A stretch of 63,968 bases of DNA, taken from assembly GCA_034780895.1 (NCBI GenBank), contig JAUZTB010000107.1, positions 22,665,683-22,729,650 of the forward strand, written 5' to 3'. Each line of letters begins with the position of its first letter. The first letter of the stretch is position 1. Both the position numbers and the translations under genes were made by a program. The notes beneath the pieces are model-generated. The model was not told the origin of the DNA, made no database searches, and was given only the letters and a program-made list of their open reading frames with translations. The stretch is from Rhynchobatus australiae (Eukaryota). Positions 26,229 to 39,125 of this stretch are shown piece by piece.

Positions 26229-26720
26229 TTTGGTATTGGTATTGGTATTGGTTTATTATTGTCACTTGTACTNNNNNNNNNNNNNNNNNNNNNNNNNNNN
26301 NNNNNNNNNNNNNNNNNNNNNNNNNNNNNNNNNNNNNNNNNNNNNNNNNNNNNNNNNNNNNNNNNNNNNNNNCCAGCTGATCAGCACAAGATCTGAGCAC
26401 ACAGCCAGGGACACCATCTGGGCCAGGTGCTTTCCTCGTGTTCACTCTCCGGAAGACTGATCTTACGACCTCCACTGAGATCACAGGTTCAGCTTCATTG
26501 GTGGCTGTCAGGGTGGATGGTGACAATCCACTTCCCTTCTGTTCAAAACGTGCATAGAATGTGTTAAGTTAATCCAGAAGGGATGCGCTGTTCTTAATTA
26601 TGCAGCCCGACTTCGTCTTGGCCTGTTATGGCATGTAAGCCCTGCCATAGCTGACGGCTGGTCAGGGACTCTATTTTGAGTCGGTATTCCTCTTGGCATC
26701 CCTGATAGCTTTGTAAGGGT
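26229..26720 (-). mobile_element. Rex1/Babar-like LINE with middle collapsed into a gap
   Basis: ORF fragment VVRSVFRRVNTRKAPGPDGVPGCVLRSCADQL. Beyond the 100-N gap is a 3' end gtacaagtgacaataataaa followed by a (CCAATA)n tail. Confidence 0.7.
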
Positions 26721-27654
26721 TTTGTAAGGGTTGCTGAAGAAATGGACCATTCTGTGATTGAATGTGTGCATTCCAGGCATGCTTTTAATGCTGAAATTTC
26801 CATTGAGTTTAATAGTGCACATACAGTTTTTAGTGTGGTATCATTGCTGTATATTCTGAGGTTGCTTCATCCAGAAGGCTCTTAAGCATAATAAATTCAG
26901 GGTTAAAATAACCCAGTATACTAGGTTAACATACAGATTTGCAGACAAGATTACATGTTGTAGAAATCAAGCCAAAATAAGCCATGCACTGAAGAGTAGA
27001 ATTTAGCCCACTGTGTGCTATTGTGGCACTGGGAATTCTTACTCTTTTGTACTTATCTCAGTCCAAGATTAGGAGACACGTCATTCCAGGTCACAAGCCT
27101 ATGATAAAACTGGATTGGTTCACTTGGTTCAGTTAAAGGTAGGAGAGGGTTTCTTGGCCCATAATAATAATAAGAAATTGAAGCTTGCATGATTGCTCCA
27201 TATTTGAGTTATTTTTTTCCTTTGAATAAATCACCATTAGCCCACAAATACAAAAAATATTGAAACAATGACTTTGTGTCAGACTTGAAATTTTAGGGTG
27301 CTCAAAATGTCAATTAGCCTCTTCCCCCAACCATCATATGTATCAATCAGATGATGTTCCTTGTAGACTTTAAACTCTACCTTTACTCTAAAAATGCTCT
27401 CCATCATGTGTGTGGCACTTCTGCCCTATTAAAACAAGTGGATTAGGAACAGATTGAATGGTTCAAAACAAGAAANNNNNNNNNNNNNNNNNNNNNNNNN
27501 NNNNNNNNNNNNNNNNNNNNNNNNNNNNNNNNNNNNNNNNNNNNNNNNNNNNNNNNNNNNNNNNNNNNNNNNNNNACAAGAAATCTATGAACTTCTGTGG
27601 ACCAGCAGAAGCAGCAGAACCAGATTCCTCCAGTTGGGAGTTCAGAAGAAGCTT

Positions 27655-27880
27655 GTCTACCCAAAGAATGGTGAAACTATGGTATTTACCATCACAGGAA
27701 GTAGTTGACGAAAACAGCACAGATATATTTAAGGTGGAAGCTGAAGGGAACGGAGGGTTATGCTGATAGATTTAGATGAGAGAAGACAGGAGGAGGATTA
27801 AGTGGAACAAAAGTCCACCACAGATGAGTCCTAAGGCCTTTTTCTGTGCTGTATATACCATGTAATCTTATGTAATCCAT
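27655..27880 (+). mobile_element. CR1 3' end
   Basis: agaatggtgaaactatgg...tatttaaggtggaagctg...aggcctttttctgtgctgta. Confidence 0.55.
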
Positions 27881-28561
27881 AACACAAAGGCCCAACATAT
27901 ATTTTACACTGCCATACCCATCAAGCTAGGGAGGCAACACAGGATCACGTGAGCAAGATCAGTTGGCAAAGGTAGAGCTTAGTGATGCCACACTGATGGA
28001 TATGATGGATCAAAGGTCTGCAATATTGCTATATCTAGTCATGAATAGTGGTAGACAGTGAAGTAGCTTGCAAGAAGAGGACACCATAATAATGTTCTGA
28101 TCCTCAGTGACAAAACCTAATTCACGAGTGCCAAAGATGAGGCTGAAGCTTTGTAATTATGTTCAGCCAGAAATACTTACTCTGAGGCCCCTGGCATCAT
28201 TGAAGCCTGTCTTGAACTAATTTGATTCATCCCACATGATATTAAGAAACAGCTGAGAGCAATGGATATAGCAAAGGGTACAGTACCAGATAACATCTAG
28301 CTTAAAACTAGTTCCAAAACCAGTTATATCTCTAGATGTGTGCGCCCCAGTAGGTTCCTGATCTTCAGTGCAGTGGCATGCAGCATGTGGAGAGTAAAAT
28401 ACACAAGAAACACAGATCTAGCAGCTAGAAACAGCACTTACATTATCAAATACTCATGCAGTCTCATCACATTTATTTATACACCCTACAGATACACCTG
28501 CAACAATACCATCAACCTGACAATATGAAAAATTATTCAGTTATGCCCTGTCTACAGAAAG

Positions 28562-29328
28562 TGATGTGTTTTGGGAGGTCACTTAAGAGTAGGACATACA
28601 CAATGAAGGTTAGTGAGGACTAACGAGGAATAATGAGGACTAGTAACGCCTTGATGTACAAATCCAAAGATCACCAAAGGTGGCAGCACAGGTGGAGAGA
28701 ATGGTAAAGAAGGCATATGAGATGCTAGCCTTCATTAGCCAGGACATTGAATATAAGAGCAAGGAAGTTATGGTACAGCTTTGTAAAACATCGGTGAGGC
28801 CACATCTGGAATATTGTGTGCTTTTTGATCCCCACAGTATAGATACAATGTGATTGCTCTGGAGAAGTTAGAGAGGTGGTTCATCAGGATGTTGCCTGGT
28901 ATGGAATGCCTCTTTTATGAGGAGACACTAGATAGGCTGGCTTTGTTTTGCTTGAAGCGGAGGAGGCGTCTGACTGGTGACCTGTTAGTGGAATACAAAA
29001 TTGAAGGGCATAGATAGTAAATATTTCACTGTAGCAGATGTATTTATGACCAGAGGGAATAGGTTTAAGGTAAGGTTTAGAGGGGAAATAAGGAAGAATT
29101 TTTTTTATCCAGAGGGCAGTTGGAATTTGGAATGTGCAGCCTGAGAAGTTGGTGGAGGAAGAGACTCTCACAGCATTTAAGAGGTACCTAGATAAGCATT
29201 TGAATCACCAGAGCACAGCAGACTACAGACCAAGTGCTGGTAAATGGGATTTACATTGATGGGTACTCGATGGGTACAGTGTGGGCTGAAGGGTCTGTTT
29301 CTGTGCTGTATAATTCTATGGCTCTATA
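28562..29328 (+). mobile_element. 5'-truncated CR1 LINE
   Basis: RT C-terminal motif VRPHLEYCV (gtgaggccacatctggaatattgtgtg); 3' UTR gggctgaagggtctgtttctgtgctgtataattctatggctctat. Confidence 0.85.
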
Positions 29329-29777
29329 TATCCAGTTTGGCTACTTCATCAATCTGTAGGCCATCATCTACAAAATCCTAGAAGGTGTTGCTGACGATGC
29401 TGTCAACCGGCACCTATTCCCCAATAATCTCACCAACACCCAGTTGTGTTTCACCTCTGTGCTCCAGAACCACATTACAGCTTTTGTTCAAATATAGACC
29501 CAATGATTAAATTTCAGGTGAGAGATGAGAATGACTGGCTCTGACATAAAATCAGTGTTTGACTGAATGTGGCATCAAGGAGCCCTGGTGTCATAAATGT
29601 CAATGGGAATCAAGGGAAAAAGTCTCCACTGACTGGAGCTGTAACTTGCGCAAGGGAAGAGAGTTGTGGTTGTTCAATCATCCCATTCCCAGTACATCTG
29701 TGCAGGAGTTCATCAAGGCATCTTCCTAGGCCCAGTCATCTTCAGCTTACTTATCAATGATTATTCTTCCAGCATAA

Positions 29778-30020
29778 CTGCGACTGTGTGGGTTTCATCC
29801 AGCTGCTCTGATTTCCTACATATCAAAGACATGCAGATTGGTAGGTTAATTGGCCACTGTAAGTTGCCCCTAGTGTGTAGGTGAGTGGCAGAACCTGTGT
29901 AGAGTTGATGGGAAAGTATAGAGAACAGGTTACAGGGAAAATTAGTGAGGTGATGGGATTGCTCTGTGAACTGATGTGGACCTGATGGGCTGAAGTAACT
30001 TTGTTCTATGAAAATCTGTA
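29778..30020 (+). mobile_element. 5'-truncated V-SINE (HE1-like)
   Basis: V-domain-like gtgggtttcatccagctgctctgatttcctacatatcaaagacatgcagattggtaggttaattggccactgtaagttgcccctagtgtgt, plus a CR1-like tail. Confidence 0.7.
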
Positions 30021-30798
30021 AATATTTGGAAGAAGGAAGCAGGTGCATGAGAACCCTGTAACCTGTTTCCCTCCAAGTTACACACTACCTTGACTTGAAA
30101 ATATATTGCCATTCCTACAATGTCACTGGGCCTAAATCCTGGAACAACCTCCCCTTCAACACCATGGGATTATTCAGAGGGGCTGCTTTGCTTTAGGATG
30201 GTGACTAATTCCAACACCTCAGGAGCAACTAGATACTGGCCTTGACACTGATATCTTCATCCCATAAATGAATATAAATATCCATTTTGTCTGCCTTTGA
30301 AACCCACCATGTGGTAACACCTGCCAATATCAGTTAACTCAAAGTATCATCTGCAAACTCGCAGGGGTGATTGTCATTTAGTATTTCATTTTAATCCCTG
30401 GAGGAGGTTTTAGTTTTTGTACAGTGAAAACTGGAAATTCACAGTAAGCGTGCATTAAGCCTACGGGATACAACACTATGTGCCATTCATTAGTGCTTCA
30501 GTGAGCAACGTCACTCTCCTTGAATGGAAAGAGAAATTGTTAAATAGACCACAGAAGTTTAAAGATTGATTTTCAGAATAAGGGTGTAGTCAAATGTGTT
30601 CACTTCATTGACCAAAACTGCAGCTGTTTTGGATCTAATTCCAGACCACATAATTTTATAGCAGGTTAAGAAGCAGTGGAAGTGGAAACAGTGTGTTGGA
30701 ACTGTGACCCATTAACCGTGAAAATAACATACTAGTCCTTTTAGAAAAATTAAAAAAAAATAACTATATGCAATTCATATTTTTTTCCCTGCTTCAAG

Positions 30799-30920
30799 AG
30801 ACTTCTTGAGTCCACAAGACAAGGAAAATATTTTTACAGCAGATCATTTCCCTCTGTGGTACAGAAAGTCAGCAGAACAACTTCCAGGAACTTTTGTCTA
30901 TTCCATTCCATTTAGTACAG
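30799..30920 (+). CDS. CACNA2D3: CACNA2D3 coding exon (122 nt)
   Basis: ttttttccctgcttcaag acceptor; (Q)DFLSPQDKENIFTADHFPLWYRKSAEQLPGTFVYSIPFST; GTTAGT donor; phase 2/1. Confidence 0.95.
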
Positions 30921-30939
30921 GTTAGTGATTTTTATCTCT

Positions 30940-30974
30940 ATAGAATTAATTAGAATTAAATAGAATTAATTCTA
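30940..30974. repeat. Short tandem repeat (TAGAATTAAW)x3 ending in a palindrome
   Basis: tagaattaat tagaattaaa tagaattaat tcta, 20 nt after the exon donor. Confidence 0.8.
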
Positions 30975-32604
30975 CATTTTGCAATAAGTTTAATATAGTT
31001 GACAAATGGTGTGTTTACTTAAAATGTTTTCATAAAGTTGATTTAAACTTTCATTCAGTAAATTATTCCCTGTGTTATGCAACTGATCCTTTATCTCCTC
31101 AATTACTAGCAATATTTATCTACTACTTCCTACTTATCTATGCTACATTTGGAACCGTGCATTTCTATGACAGTTTATTTTGGTTCTTAAAACCATTTAT
31201 ACCACTTCAGGAATGCAGTTCACAGCGAGTTCTGTTTGGCAATGTCTTAATTGGTTAAATACTACTTTTACGACATGATATTTCAGACACCCGACAACTT
31301 GCTATGACTGTATGTACAAACAGAAACTTTTGGGTGTCTTTTTCTCAACAATCTTTTTCTGAATACATCCGTGGGTCTGCACTGACTGAATTCAAGGTCC
31401 CCATTCCATTCTTGTTATATGAAAATTTGCTAGTAGTTTAATGAATCCATTCTGTGGACTTGTTCATATTTCAATGAAAACCATAAACTGGTGTCTGTCT
31501 TTCCATCAACTTTATTTTGAGTGGTTTGCAACAGAAGTCATTAATGAAGGTTATATTCACATACAGCCAACTTGGAGTATACTGCCAGAGAAGTGGTACT
31601 GCTTGTTTTATTCACAAGTAAAATCAAGCTGCTATAAATCACCTATGCAGTTTGGTTTCTAACTTAAATCAATTACCAATTGTTGAATAGCTATCACCAC
31701 TGTAGACACTTAGACTGAAGAGTAAACAGATCTCATCAAACTGCTGGCTGGTGTCAATGTACCATTTATCATCCAACAATTGTTTATGTTGATGTAATTA
31801 CACAATAAGAGCAAAACTGACATGCAGCCCCTGCTTTTTAGATTTTTTATAATGGGCTGGATCCTGTTGGACCAAGCCTGCTCCCTGAACATACTTTTCC
31901 CAGAAGTGGAGGGTTCAATGAACTGACCCTCCGCACCTTAGACATACCCTGAGATGGGCAACATACAAAAACTTGGCCACAGCTAGTATTTTGATAAGGC
32001 ACTGGCTCATGAATATGCACACAATCTCTGACCATGATAAGCTGTCAAATGCTTTTGAACTATATTTAAATCTCTCAAATAAGGACACATAATGCTACTC
32101 AAATAGAATTAAATAATTAAAAGCATTACAAATTCAAAAGGTAAAGTCTGAATTGAAGTAAAACACTGTAAATACTAACAAACAATCAAAAGCATTAAAA
32201 TAAAGTAAAATACCTCAAGTATTTACCTTCACTTGCCTTTTTCTGTAGTAGTCAGTGACCCCATTCACATGAATCAAATCACCCTTCTGCCACCAGTTGA
32301 CCCTGGCACTCCCACAGCATCAAGCCCCTCTCCTTACATATCAGTGCTCTCTCACTGGGCTGCATGAACTGACATCTGATCTCCATGCACTGACATTGGA
32401 TCTTCATTTACTGACATCTGACCTCTAATTTGCCTCTGACTTGCTTGAACATAAAGCAAAAGTATGCTGTATCTTGAAGCCCAAATGACTGATAAACAGT
32501 GGTCTCCAACTGAATCGCCGGCTGTTGGTCAGCTCAATTTTACCCTATCACTTTAAGTAAGATCCTATTTCCCCAGTTTCCCACATGCAAATTTCTGTAC
32601 CCCG

Positions 32605-32606
<2 letters not shown>

Positions 32607-32658
<52 letters not shown>

Positions 32659-32758
32659 NNNNNNNNNNNNNNNNNNNNNNNNNNNNNNNNNNNNNNNNNN
32701 NNNNNNNNNNNNNNNNNNNNNNNNNNNNNNNNNNNNNNNNNNNNNNNNNNNNNNNNNN

Positions 32759-32808
<50 letters not shown>
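32607..32808. repeat. Long (CA)n microsatellite spanning a gap
   Basis: Seen directly; source of the CVCV/HTHT ORFs. Confidence 0.97.
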
Positions 32809-32811
<3 letters not shown>

Positions 32812-33043
32812 ACTGCTTAAATAAATTTAAGAACTTAATGAAGAATTTAGAATGTTATAGAACAGAATAAGGTTTACCCTTTTTATATGTAAATAACTTA
32901 AGTAATGATGCTATTGAGTTGTGTGCCAAATATGTGGAACATGACTGTCATTTAAGATAATGATGTCTTATTTCTGGGCAGAGTACAAAATGATGCTGAA
33001 ATCCTTGAGAACTATAAATATGTTTCTTTGCATAACTTATATT

Positions 33044-33087
<44 letters not shown>
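33044..33087. repeat. (CG)n(CA)n compound microsatellite
   Basis: gcgcgcgcgc followed by about 17 CA units. Confidence 0.95.
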
Positions 33088-33090
<3 letters not shown>

Positions 33091-36000
33091 TCATATGGTC
33101 CTTGGACTCTGGCACTTATTACACAGAGTGAACTGCTTCCTTTACATATAATTCTTATGCATAGCTGCATCTAAGACTAAAACAACAGGCTATCTATTAA
33201 TAAGAGTATACTGACCAGTCATCAATAGATTTTATAACCATGTAAATCTAAAGACCCGAAAGCTGAATAATGACAACAAATTGATTACATCAAATTATCA
33301 GACTGGCCTTCAGTGTTTGATGATTATGGAAAAGATAAATCAAAGGTTGTGACTGGCATTGCTCCAGAGCTAGATTTGCACCAGTGAATCTGCTGCTGGT
33401 ACCTTAATGTAATGTCAAGCCTAGAGGTTTAGTTCCAGTAAATAACTGAAGCATACATCTATAGAATGTAATCTGAAACTTTGTTCAACAAACCCAAATT
33501 ATGGCAGCAAAATTTGTCTTTGCAATGCCTGAGAAATCAATGTTGTGTAGATGAAAATCCCATTAACAAATTCTGTGCTCTTTCTGAGGTAATGCTAGTC
33601 ATTAATAAGGTGTGGACTTAATAGTGTAAGAACTTTCTGTCCTTTTCTACCTATTTTCTGGCATCCATCTCATCCAAATAACATCAGCATGTGTACTGTA
33701 CCCAACATTCATTTCTGGCAAGATTTTAAACTCCTTTGGTTTGAATTATTATTGCTGCTGTTTATGCACAGAAAAACACATATTCATAAATGCTGAAGGC
33801 TCAAACTGAAGATTATCTTATGTGTCAAAAACATCTGTGCCGCTTAACTCTTTGCAAACAAAGACTGATTGAAACTGGGATCTCAGTGACCACACCACCT
33901 GCTGGTTTCAGCAGCTCTCTGCAAAATCAAGGGAACACCAATTGCCAGAAGAAATTCTATATGAAGTGAAGTGTTTCAATGTTCATTTGACCAGAAGTGG
34001 GTTAAAAACCGGAAAAAAGACATCTAACAAGATAGCATTAGGTGGGTACTCCTAGCAAGGCATTGATAGGGAAGTGTCCATAAGGATGTGAGTGCCCTCT
34101 ATGAATTCTTGCATTTTGGGAAACTCTAGACAGCACCAAAATGTTCTTTTTAGGTGTGAATGGAAAAACTGTATTTATTGGAAATGGAAGGCCGCCATCT
34201 TACTGGAAGAGGTATGTTTCACTTCTGAAACACAGCAGCAGGTAACAATGTATCAAATGTAGTTTAAATCTGCAGAAATAGTCTAGGATCTCGAAGCAAG
34301 ATTTCAGAGAGTTGAGATAGCTCTGATTCTGACATTGAGAGCAGTGCAGGCATCTGTTTTTCTTTGCTACTTGAGGTTTATCTGGTGGGAAATTCAACTC
34401 CTAACATCCACTGTTTCTGAAATGAAACATTATATAGCCTGCAAGTGCTGTTTTGGTGCTGAAGAATTTTATGGAGTCTTTTAGATGTCTCTGAAACAAT
34501 TTAGGTGACCTCTAAAGACATTGTAACACCAGAAAACCAATGTAGAATTTATAGGCCTATATGTTTAATACAGGTGCTACCTAACTGAAGCTATTAAAGT
34601 AACATCTAAGATTATACCAGATAAAGAAAACTTATGTTGCTCAGAATACTAAATGCCCAATCTGCCCTATGTCTGTTTCACCCACCACTAAAATTCATAC
34701 AACCACCACAAAGTAACCCCATCTGAAAAATTATAGAATGAAATTCTGACCTAAAACCAGAAATCAATTTCCATATACTGTAAAAGTGGATCAGATTGAC
34801 TATATTCAGGTATATGGATCACTTGAACAGGGGAAAATAGAGTGAGATAATTATCCTTAGTTAATGGAGTCAAAATGGTCGCCCAATCTCTTCCCCTTTT
34901 ACTCCAATACTTTAATTTTTGGTTTTTATGTTCCCTTCAAAGATTCCTCTTGTTTTCTAAATTTTGTCATTATTTATTAATTTCTTCTGCCCTTTCACTG
35001 CACCTGAGATTTTATTACATGCCATTACTTTGAATCCATTACTTCTCTTCAAAGCCCTTACAATTATTTACCTTCACCTTCACCATCTCTTGCCCAGTGC
35101 AGTCTTCTGTTTAAATCTTGGCACCTGTCACCTTCCTTAAGTTCTTCCCCTGTTTACAGTTTTTAAGAAGTAATGATGCCCACTCCTCATATATAATGTT
35201 CAGCTGCCTGCTACAGTGATCTTGTAAAATAAACCAGTAATATAATGACACAATCTGGAACTCTCATCCTCTTTATTGCTTGATTAAATATCTCACAACA
35301 TGATTAGAAGCAGTTTACAGGAGAGATACAGGCAGGGAGATGACAATAGAAATAAAACTCCATGGTGCAAAAACTGGAAGCAAAAATGCTTTGTAATCCT
35401 TGTGTCATATTTTATGGAATTTAAACTCTGGAAGGAGAGCAAAAATAAGGGACACAGTTGTGGACTTGACATTGTTTGATGCAGAATTGTTCAGTAAAAA
35501 ATATAAAATCTATTTGGCTATTCTTTCAGGAGTTTTCTGACTTTCAAGTTGTATGCATCCAAAAAAGATAAGAGTCAGTAGTAGAAGTTATCTAATTTGA
35601 GATATTAATCTGTGCTCTATGTTCTAATTACCCCAATGCCAGTTGTTTCAGTTCTGTCTTTCCCCATAGTAGTTTTAACTTGTGTTCAAAATAGAAAGAT
35701 AGTAACCACAATTGACTTTCCAATGAATCAAAGCTCTTAAATAAATGTATGTGATGAATAGAATAACACTAATGTAGTCAGTTACCTGCAATATATTACA
35801 GCAGATGATGTGCTAATAGCACTTTCTCCCCATCCCAGCAGCCCACAAGAAGTTGCAGAGTTGTTGTGCTATTTTCGTGAGGATATGAGGATGTAATGCT
35901 GGTTCTTAAGTCAAGCGCTGCAAATGAGTGGGAATGAAATCCATTGTAGATTGGCCATATTTGGCATTAAACTGCCACAGAATAGCCTTTCCTTGTCCTG

Positions 36001-36233
36001 GAGTATTTTATATTCCTATCATTGTAGAAACATGGCCATTGAGGCAACCTNNNNNNNNNNNNATGCGCATCAGGAAATAATATGGGCCTGTATCATTAGG
36101 TTCCGCCGACACTGCAAGTTTTAAACAACTGAAATATTTCTCAGTATTTCTCTGAATGAAAGATGTTTACAATAAATATTCATGTTTGAATCATTTTACT
36201 TTGATACTAATAAGCAATAATTCAATTTGATAG

Positions 36234-36314
36234 AGGCAGAAAATAAAAGTAATGTTGTGACAGCCAGTACAACTGTGCAGCTTTTGGACAACAGAAAATC
36301 ACCAGTGGTTGCAG
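36234..36314 (+). CDS. CACNA2D3: CACNA2D3 coding exon (81 nt), last one found in the window
   Basis: tttgatag acceptor; (E)AENKSNVVTASTTVQLLDNRKSPVVA; GTAAGC donor; phase 1/1. Confidence 0.92.
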
Positions 36315-38689
36315 GTAAGCATTTTTGAAATTCTTATTACTCCACATATTTGTTTGTTTATTATCTGAATTAATTATGTTCAGCCATGTTAGGGAGTATG
36401 TCACCAACATTATCTGTGCAACTGGAAGCTGCATTTATATGAGATGTTGGCAAGAGAAATTTTACCACATTATTTTCCATGTGTTTTCAGTGAGATGCAA
36501 TTCAAACTTTCCAGCAACTTTTAACAACTCATCTCTAGCTTTTGGTCAAGCCTCCTAAAATATTTTATTTAGTTGCCATCTAGTTTTGGCTGTGTTTTTT
36601 TCTCCGCCTGTAGTAAACATTGTTTCAAAACCGTATGTCCATTGGACACCTCTGCTGATCTACATCTTGATTCTGGATACCCATATGAACTCTAGAAACA
36701 CTTACCATGCTTCCTTGATGAGCCCAGTACATAAACATGGATTCAACACTGTGGTAAGGTCAGGATGAAATCTAGCACAACACTGCATCGTACTGAAAAT
36801 GAGCAACAAGCAGTAACATTTTTGGTTTTGCTGCATGTGATCATGGCCTCAAACATCTCTACAATTAGCAACAGCCTATTCTCAGCTACCTGCAGATCTA
36901 GATTAATCATTTCCTTCTGCTCAAAGGTGCATATGCTTTTTATTAAGCTTAGCATTGTGTTAATAGAGTCTTCCGAAACACTTCCTCAAATATGGTGGTT
37001 GCAATAAGAATGACATCCTGAGTGTACAAAAATACTTCATCCACTGTAGCATTTTATCCATTGTTTCCTGAAATATTTCTGATAATAATTTTATCCCATA
37101 CAGTAGTTTAGTATGAAAGTAAAAATCACTTGTGGTTGTTAACTGTCAAGTATTATTGCCATTCTTTGTCTATTTTGTTATACATAAGCATGAGTCTGGT
37201 CTGACTTAGTGAAGACCTCAGCTGTTGCTAGTTTGGCATACAGATCTTGAGGTGAAGCCAGAAGGTATCTTTTGTCATATCATTTATTATAATCACTGCG
37301 AATCTAGACAGTCTTACTGCCTCAGGTTCAACTGTGAAAGCTTTCACTCAATTATCCTCAATTATGTTCACCAGTATGCCTTGATACTCCAGTTTATTAA
37401 GCTCATCCTTCACCTGAGCTCTCAACACTAATGTGCCAGCCAGAGTTTGCAATAAAACAGTTTAATATTTAGTTTAATATATATGGAAGCTTGATACCTT
37501 TAATGCCCATGTATGAATTCTTCAGCTTATCTTCATAATGTTCCTAAAAGTTCTTTAAAANNNNNNNNNNNNNNNNNNNNNNNNNNNNNNNNNNNNNNNN
37601 NNNNNNNNNNNNNNNNNNNNNNNNNNNNNNNNNNNNNNNNNNNNNNNNNNNNNNNNNNNNTAAAAATGATGCAGATGTATTTATATTAAATGTACTTTTT
37701 CAATTGATCCTCAACTCTTACAGCCAGTCTCTTCCTAGCAAAGTTAATCTTTTCACATATTCAGTCACTTTAATTGATAGCCTTGAATTTTTCTCTTTAT
37801 GAAGGATTATGCATTCCATTTGTCTAAATGTTCTCAGCCTTTCTCCAGACCATGTTCTCAGCTTTAATATTCTTTTCACAAATGGTGCCTTACCAAACCT
37901 GGTCTTGTGGTTTCCTCTCCCATGATGGAGCAATCAGTGACCATGTAAAAATTCATATTGATTTGTTGATTATTTATCTTTAATGTTGAAATCCCCCTTC
38001 ATTTTTATACCTCTACAAGAGGCATATATTCCTTGCATTGCTCATCAGCCTCAATGTTAAATTAACCTTCCTTCTGTGGCTTTCTACTGGAATTGTTTCC
38101 TTTCCATTAGGATCCTGCTCAACTATATCAGCTTGCCATACTCTATTTTTGCAGAGGCTATGGGCTTTGGTTTACACAACTAAAACACCTTGCTGTTCTC
38201 ACACACACACTGTGCTAAGTGATTCTCAGGGCACTGGTATCAGAATTTCCTGCCAAACATGCTTTTTGCATCATTTACACTCATGTGGCCAGTCTCTGAG
38301 AGAACTCTCATCAATGCTCTTGCTGTTGGTCTGCATTTAACACTAATATTTATTATAGCAACCCTCAAAATTCCTTTGCCATTTGGAGGCAATTTCCATC
38401 AATGTACTCACCTGCATGCTCATTAGATCCAGCAAATATAATAACTTGGACTGGATGTACTAATCAGCAGGTCTGCATACCAACTCATCTCACCATTGCA
38501 TGATCCATGGATGCACCAGATTGCTAATGCCACAACAGATCTTTTAGAATTACTATTTAAACTCAAATTGTCTCCCCCAACCTCTGATTGTGAGTTCCAA
38601 ACATATAACTTTCCCCAGTCTGTGGCAATGGGTTTGAAATGATTTTGCAGGTTATTTATAAAGCTTTGTTAAAAGGGAATTGATTGTCT

Positions 38690-39125
38690 TTATTCATCTC
38701 CTGTTTATATCTGCTCATGATGGGTCAGCTGGGACTAACAAGATTTTGCCACCTTCTCTCAGCCTGCAACCCCACCACTTGTATTGTTCTGCCTCTCTTG
38801 GTCTTCACACTATTGCAGAAATTTCCTTTGTCCTCTCCACTCCCTTTTTGGCAGAAGAAAAACATGTCTCATTTCTCACTTCTAGTTCTGATGAAAAGTC
38901 GTTGACCTGAAAAATTAACTCTGTGCCTCTCTCCATAAATGGTGCCTGACCTGCTGAATATTTCCAGTTTTTTCTGCTTTAAAAAAGAAAATCAAAAAAT
39001 TGCAGAAAATCATAAAATGCTGGAAAACTTGGCAGGCCAGGCAGTATTTGTTTCAGGTATGGGACCTTTTATCAGATTTGTTTTATGTTTTTATTTCAGA
39101 ATGCCTGCAGTTCACTGTTTTATTT
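38690..39125 (+). mobile_element. Penelope-type 3' region with terminal repeat and adjoining inverted partial copy
   Basis: Pyrimidine-rich body, then CTGATGAaaagtcgttgacctGAAAaattaac, then gcctgacctgctgaatatttccag, followed by an opposite-sense arm aaaatgctggaaaacttggcaggccaggcag. Confidence 0.55.

Larger units (their letters stand above)
28040..30280 (+). mobile_element. CR1/L2-superfamily LINE (same family as 40150-42270), interrupted by later insertions
   Basis: Collinear matches to 41050-41730, e.g. ttgattcatcccacatgatattaagaaacagctgagagca vs ttgattcttcccacatgatatcaagaaaaatctgagagca; ggcccagtcatcttcagct; 3' end near 30275. Confidence 0.65.
7643..36314 (+). other. CACNA2D3: CACNA2D3 (voltage-gated Ca channel alpha2delta-3), partial gene: 10 internal coding exons, extends beyond both window ends
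   Basis: Ten AG/GT-bounded exons (84,72,62,68,46,98,94,96,122,81 nt) splice in frame to [86 protein letters not shown]...KSPVVA. This is closer to recalled CACNA2D3 than to CACNA2D4 and corresponds roughly to human exons 18-27 (numbering from memory). Confidence 0.93.

Noticed and set aside
26182-26526. 114-aa ORF as a host gene
   Set aside because: LINE ORF2 fragment joined through a gap
32540-32824. CVCVCV/HTHTHT ORFs
   Set aside because: Translations of a (CA)n microsatellite plus gap
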